From positions 266,978-330,977 of the forward strand of contig JAQGDQ010000134.1 in assembly GCA_030141605.1 (NCBI GenBank): a stretch of DNA of 64,000 nt, given 5' to 3'. The position numbers and the translations under genes were made by a program. The notes under the pieces are model-generated. The model was not told the origin of the DNA. It worked only from the letters and a program-made list of their open reading frames with translations, and did no database searches. Below are positions 48,901-61,199 of the stretch, piece after piece; within the stretch, counting starts at the first letter, position 1, and the number at the start of each line of letters is the position of its first letter. This DNA comes from Tubiluchus corallicola (Eukaryota > Animalia > Priapulida).

Positions 48901-51900
48901 AACGCAGTGCAGTACAGAGAAGCACAGCATGGCAAAAACCAAAACAACATACAAGATAATTCTACAAAATTGCAGACATGTTCAATGGCTTCAATGAATT
49001 TTTGCTAGTTTGTATGGTATGTGTTAAGCATTACACAGTAACGGCATTCATTTTTCCTGATTCGTAACCTATGATCAGTTGACTGTAACTTTGAGGATCT
49101 CTGTTGTTGTAAAGGCATGAGCAAAAAAATTATAGTTAGATGTTATGAGTTCTATATTGAGTTAGAGATACAGGGTGTCTCAAAAGTACTTTTATTTCGA
49201 ATTTTCTTTTTAAAATTTGTTCCAATCTCAGCAAGTTCTTACATGAATCAAAATGGGCCATTGACAATTCTTTTTGTTTATTTTTTGTCTGGAACCACGT
49301 TGTTATGACGACGACAATAATGTTAGAAATAAGATGCAAAATCAGCCTGGCATGAGGCCCTTCGATCTCCAACTGATACCCAGCGGAAATTCAGAGCACC
49401 ATATGGACCACAGAAATAAAAAGCTGAAATTGGCGAGGATTACGGCGACGACGATGACGACTGCGACGACATTAATACATTTTAATTAATAATTTTTGCA
49501 CGCAGGGTTTGAACGACCGTTTCGCTGCTTACATTGATCGAGTTCGAGTTCTGGAGGAGGAAAACCAAAAGCTGATTGGAGAAATCTCTGATTTCCGCAC
49601 AAAGCTGGAATCCCTCACAAAAAATATAAGGGTGAGTGCACACTGCATGCAGACTAACAGGATCCTTGCTGACTTACTGTTTTATACGCAAATCTGTCAT
49701 ATGACATTTTCTACTTAAATTTTACACCTCACTTTAAAAAAGCCATGGTTCATAAAGTTTAAGATTATTGAATGTTTTGATTAAAGATTTCCATGAAACA
49801 ACTTTATATTTTTTTCGTAAAATCTTTTTGATGCTTGTACATTTTTTATTATAAGCGACAATAAAGACTGAGTTTTGTTTTAAAACCTGCTGGTTTTGGG
49901 CATAGAAATAAAACAACTGATGCCTGATTCGTTTGTTTATTCACATGTTTTATTTGCTTCACTAGAGCCAGTCGTGTGTATTTACATAATCTGACGATGA
50001 CAGTGAAGATAACGACGATGACGATAACAATGATGATGATGATGATGATGATGATGACGACGACGACGACGACGACGACGACGATGATGATGATAGTGAT
50101 GGTGATCGTGATGATGATGATAAGATGATTGAGATCTCGAATGACCGTGCCTAAATGTTTAATAATATTTGCAGGCTTCTTACGATAAAGAATTAAAAGA
50201 TACGAGAAACAAGATAGATGATACGGCAAGAGACAAAGCCAAAACTGAACTGAGAAATGTCAATTTGGCGAGCGATGTGAACGACTACAAGAGAAAGTGA
50301 GCACCGTATTCATTTGTAATTTATATTTTTTAGTTGAGCACTCATGCAAGTCAGATATACTTAATAAGCACATTTATTTGCAATGCTTTATAACAATGCA
50401 AACTGGTACGCCTACAGATTCTTGATAAACGCCTACAGGCTGTATGGCTCCTCAGGCCGCTTCTCAGTCTACACCGATAACGACGACAACAACGATGATG
50501 ATGGTGATAATAACAATGATTATAAATTAGCAATTTATCTGGATAGTATTGGTTTCATTTTTGCTGTCATGTTTAACCAAAATTTCTATCATCCCACTGT
50601 TTTAAGAAATATTATATAAAAGCAATTCCAAAGAAATCCGTTCTTATTAACAAGTTCAAATTCATCCACAGATAAGAAATTGGAAATTTTCAGCTTAGGA
50701 TCTAAATCGTTGTTATGTATGTTAGTTTAATTTCTCAGTTAGTTCGGTCAGCGAACACAAAACTGCGTGTATGAAAGTGCGTAAACTAACTTAAAAAAAT
50801 TGCTGAAATCATTCAAATAAAGTCTAGCCGCTATCGTTGCTATCATATTCATTGTTAAGCCATTGTCAATGCTCTCATCATGAACATCATCATCTGAATC
50901 ATTATCACCATCATTATCGTCGTCCCAATGTTTGAAAGCTACACGTACTTAACATGTTTGCCTAGGTATGAATGGATGAACCGTCTCCGTGCCGGGGAGA
51001 AAGAGTTATGCCAGAAGTATGAGCTGCAGCTGACGGACAAGGACGGAGAAATTGCCGAATTGAAAAAGAAGTTCGAAGGCGTGACGCAAGATCTAGAGAA
51101 ATACAGCAAAGACATTGCCAGCCTTCTAAATGACCTGAAGAAACTGAGAGACGTAAGTAGGCTCTATTTAATCACAAGTAAGTAAATTTTGAAACCAAAT
51201 TTGGTTTTAAAACCAAATAAAGTTTGGTTACAAAATTCACTAATTGTGGGTTTCTACCATCATTAATAATAATACTGATAATAATTTGTTAAATTTTCTA
51301 CTTCACTACTAAATGTTTCACTTCAGATTTTAAATATCGTGACAGAGTCAATGCGCATGTCTTTGAATTCAGTTAACTTTCGATGTTGAATTTGTTTCGA
51401 TGTTAAAAAACCAAAACGACACAGAGCATAACACGTGACTTTTGTGTGGGCGACTTTGGAGTGAGTTATGTAACACTTGACGAACGTGTAGAGGAAAATG
51501 GAAGAGTTGGAGTGCTTGATGTCCTGCTTGATGAATAAAACCAGAACGTGAAGCTTAGGGTTATTCGCGTGTTGCGCAACTGCCTGGATATCTTATTTAG
51601 AACACTATTTACTGTAGTCTCGGGCATATGTTGTTTAGAAACCAGTTATCATTGTCATGGAATCCATTTTTTTCGTAAAAATTTAGAATACAGAGTAACA
51701 CTATCATCACGTCACAATACTAACAACTGAAAGTTTGTTACATGAACGAGAATGAGAACAGCACTAGGGTAAAACAGACCTTTCTACTGGAAGCGAGATA
51801 CCCAAAAATGGTGGAATCACAAATGCACGCTGGGCATTACTTATAGTGGCACTTCGAAATTTTACTTTCTGTTAGCAGTGATGATGGATGAATGGAAATA

Positions 51901-54900
51901 CATGGAACAGGCATGGACGTTGCAAATGAATATTTACGAGTGCACTTTCCGGAGTGCATTATGGCAGAACAGCCATGCTTGTCATTCATTCAGTGAGTGC
52001 AGGTTTCATGGTGACACTTTTATTCGTGTTGCAGACGAACGAAAATGAGACACTGCTTAGAATTGAAGTAGAGAACAAAATGCAAAGTCTGGAGGAAGAG
52101 CTGGCCTTTCTTACACAACTGTATCAAACTGTAAGTAAACTTTTTTCTCAACTGTGAGATTTTTCCACTAATTGTATGTACTCTTGGAATTAAACTTGCG
52201 TCGTTATGGCATTCTTTTCTCAAAATTATTACTGAGGTAACTACTACTTAAGTAATTCTAAGGTGAAATGGCTGATACTTATAGATGAAATACACGAAAT
52301 GGTTAATCAAGCAATATCATTTGTCATGTTGTAGGCCTAATACTTCACTAATTCCAAAAATATTTAATTTGAAGGTCTGAAATTGAGATCAAAATTTTAA
52401 TAACTCACACATTCTATCTCTTTTTTCACCACTGTAATGTTAATTCAGAAATACAGTAACGTTTTCAATTTTCACACATTGCACTCCAGATTTAGGAAAA
52501 CTGCATTTTGTAATCTGAAATTCACCAGTAGTTATTCTACAGGAGATAAAAGAACTGATGGATCAGATGTCTCGTGGAGATGGCGCTGAGATGCAGAACA
52601 TGTTTAAAAGGGAACTCTCTCTTGCCATACATGATATGCGCTCCGAGTACGACAACATTACTGTTGTTGGACAAGCTGAGAGCGACACCTGGTATAGGTC
52701 AAAGGTACATAATTTTATAAAGCTGGTCATTCTTGATTGCGTCCTTTCGGACACTGTAACCCTTGCAGTTCAATGCGTCCCATCTAGTTTAGTATTGTGC
52801 ATACAATGCAGTCCAATTCAGGCCATATAGCTGATTTGATCAAGTATGATTCAGTCCAGTCCTATCCCATCCAACCTAGCCCAATCCAATTCAGACCATT
52901 AAGGTAAGATCCAGATCCATTAAATTTAATCAAATCCATTCCAACCAATACAATCTGATCCGAGCCAATCCAATCTTATTCAATCAAAATCTAATCCAAT
53001 ACAATTCGGTCCAATCCAGTCCATTCCAATCCTATCTTGTTTTGTCTAATCAATTCAGTAATTTTTATTGCACTTTATTTTGTCCAGTCCAAGCCAAGCC
53101 AAGCCATCAAGTAAATACAGTAGGCGTCTATCTGATCAGAACAAATTAAGTGTAATCAAATTAGTTGAATACATCCTAATTCCATTCAACCTATTTAACT
53201 CAAACCCAATCCAATACAATCAGTCCAGCCTAATCCTATTTAACTTTGTCCCTTTCACACATCAGCCCCTGTTAGAAACCGATTTAATCAGCTTAGTTCA
53301 ATGAAATTTAATAAAGATTTAAGACTAATGTAATTCTATGAATTTCAAATTCCATTTAACCTTTTCTGTTACATGGGACAGAAATCAGGAACAGAAACCT
53401 ACAATGTGCAACAATCAACAATTTTGTGCAAATTTAGAATTTGTGCAAAATTAGTCTGCAGGCCTAAATGGATTGTTTTTTTTATAATAATACAATTTTG
53501 TTATTTTATAATTGCTCTTACAGCTTCAAGACATGGTACAAGCTACCACCAGAAAGGAGAAGGAACAGCATATTGCTCAGCAAGAGTCAATTCGAGTTAA
53601 AAATCGTCTGACCGAGATTAATAACGAAATAATCCGCCTGCGTGCCGAGGTCAGTATAAAATAAGAATTGTCAATTTAGGATTCTTGTGCATTAGTTAAA
53701 TCCCAACTCTGATGTTTCAACAGGCTGTTCCATCTTTCTTTGCAGCTTTGTTGTAACTAATCTTATCTGCCTTGTTTTATGCAGTATTATAAGATTATAC
53801 AGGGTCGTCCAGAAAAACTGTTAAAAACTCCCAAGTTAACACATAATCTTCATCCTGGTGGAGGTATTTGTAAAAGAGATCCACATCACAGAGTAAACCG
53901 GTTTCTTCTTTCCCTAAAGAACTACAAATCCCCCCCAGGACTCCTATAAGCTCCACTAGGACGTTTTCTCTACAGGACGTTCTGACAGTGAGCAGAAAAC
54001 GACCAGTTTTGTAAGTTCTTTTACCAGCTTTTCCTGAAGGAACAGGGCCGTCTTAATGCATAGGCACCCCTGACAGTTGTTATGCTAAACTGACACCATG
54101 CTAAACTATGTATGTTGTCAATAAATAAATACTATAGTGCACTATGGAAAATGACATCCTGAAAACAATTGATTTCATGCCAACTATATAGCAATTCTCT
54201 GCAAAGAAATTTCGCAAATGCTTGTGTTGAACACTTAATTAGCAATAAATAGTAATTCATAGTAATTTTAGTAACATAGTAATTCATAGTAATTTTATAC
54301 TGTGCCATCTACGTTTGTATGGTTTACCAGGTGAGTATCATTCATGTGTTGAAATTTTTGGGTTTTTCAAGGCTGATGTTATATTGTTCAATCGTTTTGT
54401 GTTGATTAATCGTTGCTGTACAGCAAGTTTTTAATGTTTAAACACTGATTTTGTTAGAAGAACCAATACAATAAATATATGTTTAATTTTATCTACTATT
54501 TACCTTATTATTCCCGTGAATGATTATGCAAGTAGGGGCCCAAGCACGCATACTGCTGTGTTAGGTGGCCATTAATGCTGTTAAAACTGCCTTGCAATGA
54601 AACACCATGCAGAAAAAATTTATGGTGGCAATTTTGGAGGAAAAATTTATATAATGGAGCAAGAGTTCTATAATGTGGATATCCTTTACAAATGCCTTTA
54701 TCAGGATAAAGGGCTGCTAGTTAATTTATGAAACGTTTTCTTCTGAACGACTTTGTCCTTCTTAATAACCAACTTGCTCCTGCTAGAATGGTGATCTAGA
54801 AAAACGTGTCAGAGACCTGGAGAAGCAGGTAGATGATCAGAAGAGAGAATTCCGTAATGCGCTCAACAAGCGTGATGAAGAGATAGAGGACATGCAGCAA

Positions 54901-57900
54901 CAGATGGCGAATCAGCTGCTGGAGTTGAAGGCACTGATGGATGCTAAACTTCGCCTGGATGCTGAGATAGCTGCTTACAGACGCTTGCTGGAGGGTGAAG
55001 AGTCTAGGTAAGAATAAAGTACATTAATCACAGAAATGTTTTTATTAGTGATAATGGAGTATTTCAGAAATAATCGTTCCTTCAGTACGGACAGAACACG
55101 CAACACCATATTATCTGAAAGCATTTAAATGAAATAGACCCGCAGCCAAGCGCCACGAAATTGAGTTTCGTTCGTGCAGCCTAGTGACCAGCTTCTACCT
55201 ATATCAGATGATAGAGAGGACTTTGGTGCTTACTGCCTGGGTAGCAATATTAATTTTCAGGTGGACCTTGTGGGTGGTACGGGCTCATTTGTGGGACCAC
55301 ACCCAAAAACTCTTGTTAATACAAATTTGTGCATGGCAAGCAAGAGGCTGTCTCGTGTTGCATCCGTGAACATTTATTTTGTCAAGTGTTATTCTACGGA
55401 TCATTGTGTTCATTTGCTTAGTAATAGAAAACATTTTGATGGTCCATCATGGCGTACAGCCCTAAATGTCACATCTCAGAATAGCCCAAAAACATGTTTA
55501 CTGAAACAATGCTTATTTTTCCTAGACTATCTTATTTTCCTACGGTAAGTTTTTATACAGTACTATTCCCGACATTGCTGTATAAAATTTCCGTATCAGT
55601 GGCCATTCAGAGTGGGGCAGTAGATGGGCATGGGCCATTTTGTATGTGTGTCTAATAATCAAAAACCGAAATATCTCTCGAATATATGTGCATTGCAAGC
55701 AAAATTACAGGCGAATTGAATTTGCCACACTTCAAAGTGCTAGAAAGAAAGTGTTTTTATAGTACGATGAAAACAAAAAATTGGGCTATTTTATTTCAGT
55801 TAACATTGTAAACAGTGACGTATACCTACATTCTTTAATACTGATCAAGTGGAGAAACATGCTGTTTGTTTATTAATTTTAATTTAACTTTGTAATGTAA
55901 TTGCAAATAGTAGTAAATAATTTGTAGGTTTTAATTGTTTGTATATCGTAATTCATGCTATATGAACAAAAGTTTGAGAAAAGGCTATCTGTCTTTTTAT
56001 CAATCTATTTATGACATTTTAGAATTGGTAAGAAAGCAGGCGGAGGAGCTGGTGGTGGCGGAGGAGGAGGTGGAGGAGGAGGCGGAGGTGGAGGAGGTTT
56101 CAGATTTGGAGGTATGTTTCTTTTTTCAACTTTATGTGGTCTTTCTTCTATTACCACGTATGAATTACATTACTCCCCAAGCTGAGTTGGTCAACTTCAC
56201 TTGTTCCTTCAACTTTATCCAGCTGGTGTAAGACTGCAGGTTCAAGAAAGCAATGACTGTGATAGAAGTTTATCTAAAATGCAGCAGGGATTTAGTTTAT
56301 TAAGATGTAAGTTGGCCTTCTGAGAAAAATGTTGTTTGCTGTATGTATAACTTAGAGTAGCATCACCCCGTGTTGGGTATATTAAAACAGTCAATTAGTT
56401 GTTCAGATAAATGAAGTGCCTATCATATTTTTATTTCCAAGTTAACTGCCGTTGACAAGTTTTTGTTTATTTTCGAGACAAATTTCTTGTTTATTTTATC
56501 TTTTTTTTTGATTAATTTCTGATTTTTCCAGTTGAAATTCCATTGCTCAGCTTCAGTCAGTTTCATTGATTTCGAGTAATAAGTATGTATGTGCCTTTAA
56601 TAATTTTCCAAATTCTAGTGAATAAAAATGTTTGGACCGTCTTTTACCGGCCTTTTCCCATGTAAATTTAATATATTAACACTGATGTCAATGCTGATAC
56701 TTGTATTACACGTGGAAACATAAACTATACTTGATTTGTTATATTTTTCACATCTATAACAACTACTTAACTGTCTGTTTCATTTCAAAAACTTGTTAAA
56801 TAATAATTGCTCACAGGTGGTGGAGGCGGCGGTGGAAGAGCAGGAGGAGGTGGTGGAGGTGGAGGAGGCGGTGGCGGGGGCGGTGGATATGCTACAAAGG
56901 CAGGCGGAGGAATGACGCAAATGGCATCCACTGGACCTCGGACAACCTTCTTGCGCTCTAGCAAAGGACCCGCTGCATTCACCGATGTGGATATGCAAGG
57001 CAAATTCATCAGCTTGGAGAATACCAGTAAACTAAAGGTACCATTGATCTCCACACAGATATTCCTTTTCAATTGGGTTTGAATTCATAATCGTTGATTT
57101 TTCAGCCATTTAGGGATGCGAGTTTTGGTGTTTTGGAGTTTCGGTACAAACGTTCTAGAAGAATATCTGTGTGGTTTGCAGGCTCAATTGTTATAATATG
57201 TTTGTTTATTGAACTACCATTACATACATTACATTACAAACAAACAACATAATATAACATTGTTTTATACATGTTATAATATTTATTTAGTAATTATCAT
57301 TTTTATATCATTTATAGACGATTCACAATCCATGCAATTGCAAGTTACAAAACATTACACAAACAATGCAATACATTACAATGAAGAGAAAAAGAAACTA
57401 CACAGACACAACCCATGTCAACAGACAACATATCAAGCTGATGCCATTCTTGTTAAGAGTTATTAAGTTCATAAAAGTAAACACAACTTTTCTCTATTAT
57501 TATTTGGGTAAAAAATGATAATGGGACTACAAACCGGCGCAACTGCAGATTGAGACAGAAATGAAAAAGTGAGAACAAGAGAAAATATAACTCAAGGATA
57601 ACCTGTGCAATAAAGCCGCATTGAGGTTTACTACAATTACATATGTATAAAGGCCTGTGCTTAAAACCAAATCTTTTTACAAAATTAGACCTTTAATAAA
57701 CATCGCCAGGATCAATAAAAATCCCATAACAAAGAAATATAAACAATCGGTCTTTGTCAATTATTCTAATTCTTACGGCCATATTAGACAGTGTTTAAAC
57801 TTTGTAAAAGGTTATCACATGATTTACTGACATGTGCTGCACTTCTGTTACAATCCTGCAAAGATAATGTGATACGGTACTTCCTAATCTTGGTGGATTC

Positions 57901-58754
57901 TTTGAACTGTGTCCTCTTTTCGCGCACTTGTAGGATGTGGTAATGGAGGGATGGAAAATAAATCGCAAGATCGATGGAAGAGAGGAAAAGACATTCGAGT
58001 TCCCGTTACGTTTTAACCTGAAAGCCGGAAAGACTGTTACGGTAGCTAACTTGCAAATCGTTTAAATTTGGAATGTTTCTTGCATCAATATACAAAACTT
58101 TCTATGTACCTGTTTTATCATCATCATCATCATTGCAATTGTCATCGTCATCATCATCATCATCATCATCACAATATTCTTCTTTTTTTCAACAGCATCA
58201 TCATTGTCATCACTATTTGTCGTCTTTTTCCATGTATGTACGCCTAACTGCAACTTTTCTTCACATCGGCAATTTTACTTATTTATTCTGGCAAAGGTAC
58301 AATTTGTATCACAGTTATTTTTGCAGATTTGGGCGAATGGGGCAGGTGAATATCGTCCTCCCACCGACTTGGTGTACACGGGCAGCACAAGCTGGGGCAC
58401 AGGACTGAATATTACTACAGCATTACTGAGTGAAATAGACGAGGTACACCATAATTACTCTGTTGATCTCATTATAATTATTGCGCAATGGTTATCACGG
58501 CTGTACGAAATGCAGGTCTTGGGTTCGAGTCCTCGTGGAGACGTAAAATTATTCACTCTTCTTAATTTAGTATTGCTTTCATGCATTCACATGATACACA
58601 TTTTAGCAACTCAGTTATTTACTAGAATGCTGCTGATGATGGTAGTTAATCAAATTGTCCACGAAGCGATTTTTCTAAGAAAATTTACGTTCATTCAAAG
58701 ACATTATTTCATTTTTTTCAGGAAAAGGCAACACATATACAGAAAACTGCTTGA
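42920..58754 (+). CDS. Cytoplasmic intermediate filament protein, invertebrate type (long coil 1b + lamin-tail domain, no CaaX), 14 exons, 658 aa, glycine-rich tail linker
   Basis: Exons 42920-43097, 48414-48604, 49506-49631, 50175-50296, 50966-51152, 52035-52130, 52543-52704, 53524-53649, 54787-55007, 56023-56111, 56817-57037, 57934-58041, 58327-58443, 58722-58754; all GT-AG and in phase (1977 nt). Rod start EKQDLQGLNDRFAAYIDRVRVLE, rod end KLRLDAEIAAYRRLLEGEESR, LTD (GKFISLEN...GWKINR...LKAGKTVTIWA...SWGTG), terminus EKATHIQKTA*. Rod exon sizes 96/162/126/221 are the classical IF pattern. Exon 1 is the least certain. Confidence 0.93.
43571..44339 (+). repeat. B-A-B rearrangement: 185-bp direct repeats flanking a 386-bp segment also present at 47148-47533
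   Basis: B1 43571-43754, A1 43753-44138, 15-bp linker, B2 44154-44339. Confidence 0.9.
47148..47533 (+). pseudogene. 386-bp segment containing a THAP zinc-finger remnant (second copy of 43753-44138)
   Basis: Encodes PNKPFEKCKKWIKTCERPQDQLNVEKIRRRYDAFVCSQ, resembling the central KCxxWIxxCxRP...VCSxHF part of invertebrate THAP domains, preceded by a stop; I see only one difference from the first copy. Confidence 0.6.
48680..48950. repeat. Degenerate pentanucleotide repeat (ACACA/GCACA)n
   Basis: Seen directly; produces the spurious Cys-rich minus-strand ORFs. Confidence 0.85.
49990..50125. repeat. (GAT/GAC)n trinucleotide microsatellite
   Basis: Seen directly in IF intron 3. Confidence 0.9.
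52845..53240. repeat. Degenerate (TCCAA)n pentanucleotide repeat
   Basis: Seen directly in IF intron 7. Confidence 0.75.
53800..54755. mobile_element. Tc1/mariner-like MITE with a nested hAT-like MITE (54043-54594)
   Basis: Outer ends TA-CAGGGTCGTCCAGAAAAA and TTCTTCTGAACGACTTTG; inner ends CAGGGCCGTCTTAA and TTAAAACTGCCTTG. Confidence 0.55.
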
Positions 58755-59966
58755 AGGATCTACATTTTTGGTCTGCTCAAAACGAGCTCAATTTATTTAG
58801 TATTATTAAGTGTAGTAGGGCCTAATTCTAGCTTTGTGTCGATTCTTATCAGTCGCGTACACGTTTGACAGATTTTAACTAAATGACTTAAAAACGAAAT
58901 TTGTGCTACTTTCAACTTCATGTTGTCCCCGAACCTAGAATTTCGTAGACCTAATAGTTACACAGAGGTATCCTTAATAGTTACGTAGAATTGTCGTTGT
59001 GCACTCTTTTCACATGTATACTTGTATTGCATTTAGAACATATCAGATCAGAATAGGTTTTTTAGACACAGCCAGAGCGACAAATTGTACAATAGATTGT
59101 ACAATACAACAGACCGGAATAGGTTTCGCCATATCAAGCACCTTCAATTCCACTACTATCGCAAATTAGAGATTTTGATCTACGCGTGTCTACGCGATCT
59201 ACGTTTTTAAATCTGAATCTTGATAGTTTACAGTAAACAGCTTTAACACATTAATTTAGGCTGCCATATGCAACAATTATTGTAAGTTATTATACGAGTT
59301 GGACGCTTATAGCGATTTCGTTTCTCAGTTGTCGTGCTAGTTGCCTTTGCTTATTTCTTTCAAAACTCCAAAAGTGTTTTTATACTTAAGTTTGCCAGTA
59401 GAGTGCTAGCTTTTTTTAAATAACACAGTCATGTTTTGCGCTATAGAAATTAAAATCATAATTTTATAGCTGGCTGTAACTTTTATGGGTTATTTGTTTA
59501 AAATTGGTTATTTGTTATTTTTGATAGCTATTCTATTTTTGTACAGTATGCTTTGTTTTTCTTTTTAAATTTTAATTTATACAGCGCGTATACTATAAAC
59601 AACAAGCTCAATTTATTTAATTTATTATTGTGTAATGGAAGCATCAATCGAGAAAATTTATATCAAGTAAATTACATTACAGAGTAAAAATAAACATAAA
59701 TTGCTATGTCGTGCCATAATTTTTTTATTTATGATATTTTTGCATTATTTAAATGTGATTATCACAGACTTTCAATAACAGCATTGAATGGTGTGGTTTA
59801 GTTAATACGGATAGCTGAGACCCAGAGTGAGACTGCCCCTGCTGTGTGCGGTTAGAAAAGGTTTCTCGTTTTGTCTGTTTCAATATATATATACAACGTG
59901 AGACATTTTTCAAAGTCTTCATTATAATAATTAGACATCTAATAATAAGAATTAGTCAATTCCATA

Positions 59967-60008
59967 TGGTGGCAGCGGTGGGAGTTGAACCCACGCCTCC
60001 GAAGAGAC
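59967..60008 (-). pseudogene. 3' half of a tRNA-Leu with genomically encoded CCA (processed tRNA fragment)
   Basis: Reverse complement GTCTCTTCGGAGGCGTGGGTTCAACTCCCACCGCTGCCA-CCA = variable arm, T-arm and 3' acceptor strand of a eukaryotic tRNA-Leu plus CCA; D-arm and anticodon arm absent. Confidence 0.85.
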
Positions 60009-60453
60009 ATACTTAGTCCGTCAATTGATCATTCAATATCATCCATTCATGAAACAGTAGTGTTATTTAAATTCACTTGCTAAGCACACACCATGACCAT
60101 TCGGCTATGTATTCCCACGGCTTCGAAAATTAAACTATTCCATGGCCATAAAATTTGCCACCCGAAGGCTTTATACAACTTGTAGACTTGTGGTCCTGCG
60201 TCCTTATCCTCATCAGCATTAAAATCACTGTGATTATCAAGATCACCACTGTAGTTGCTGAATCAGCATCAGTACCACAGCCACCATGCGGGGGCAGGAC
60301 TTTTCACAATACTGGCATAACACTAATCTTTGCAGAAATGATGGGAAGGGCAAATGAGCGAAACAAACCAAACATAATAAGGAAAAACTCTGCACGCTAT
60401 TAATTTATGACATTGTATTAGAAACAAAACTTTCTGGAGCGTGAAGAACATAA

Positions 60454-60632
60454 GTAAAAATTGCACAGGTAAAAATGACACAGGAAAAAACGGCACAGAA
60501 AAAATGGCAGAATTTAATTATCAAAATATATAAAAATGAACCCCACAGTAACCAAACGACTGAACACACATTTTACCAAGTATACCATTTTTTCCTGTGT
60601 CATTTTTTCTTGTGCCACTTTTACCATGCACC
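60454..60632. mobile_element. Foldback-like element with inverted arrays of 15-bp subrepeats
   Basis: GTAAAAATTGCACAG/GTAAAAATGACACAG/GAAAAAACGGCACAG on the left face CCTGTGTCATTTTTT/CTTGTGCCACTTTTACC on the right. Confidence 0.55.
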
Positions 60633-60943
60633 GGAGTATGTTATTATTATCATAATCATTTTTATCTAAAATATAAAAATTAACGTTCAAACAGCAGGCA
60701 CATTAACAAACAAAAAACATGCTATTCATTAAATAAACCAGTTCATCAGTTTATTAGTTTATTAATTTCTAAAGCACAGCAGTTTCCACTAACTATGATA
60801 AAAAACGGTGTAACCGGTTTACAATGTTTTATATATTACCGCAACCAACTCTATACGAATAGATTTACATTCGTTTCTATGTCTATCAAAATTTTTAAAG
60901 AGATGTCCTTTATAAAAATAAGTTCATACATAAAATCATTATT

Positions 60944-61110
60944 TACAACGAAATAACAAAAGTATTACATTTAGCACAAATACAACGAAATAACAAATAT
61001 ATTATATTTCAGCATAGATACAACAAAACAATAAATGTATTATATTTCAGCATAGGTACAACGAAATAAGAAACATATTATATTTTAGCATAAATACAAC
61101 GAAATAACAA
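60944..61110. repeat. Tandem repeat, 37-38-bp unit x about 4.5
   Basis: TACAACGAAATAACAAA...TATTATATTTCAGCATAGA repeated. Confidence 0.8.
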
Positions 61111-61199
61111 ACGTAATTACCATGACGAAAATATTAATTTCATTATTCAAATTAAGCAGAATGTTCATTATGTAATAAAACGGTCATTATGTAACATTC

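Noticed and set aside
48688-48954. Cys-rich metallothionein- or keratin-associated-like ORFs
   Set aside because: Arise from an intronic pentanucleotide repeat read antisense.
55935-57072. Poly-Glu ORF (55935-56231) and antisense poly-Pro ORF (56785-57072)
   Set aside because: Alternative frames of the glycine-rich IF exons; splice phases select the poly-Gly frame.
42920-58754. Nuclear lamin
   Set aside because: No CaaX box, no basic NLS after the rod, and the ATHIQK ending typical of invertebrate cytoplasmic IFs.
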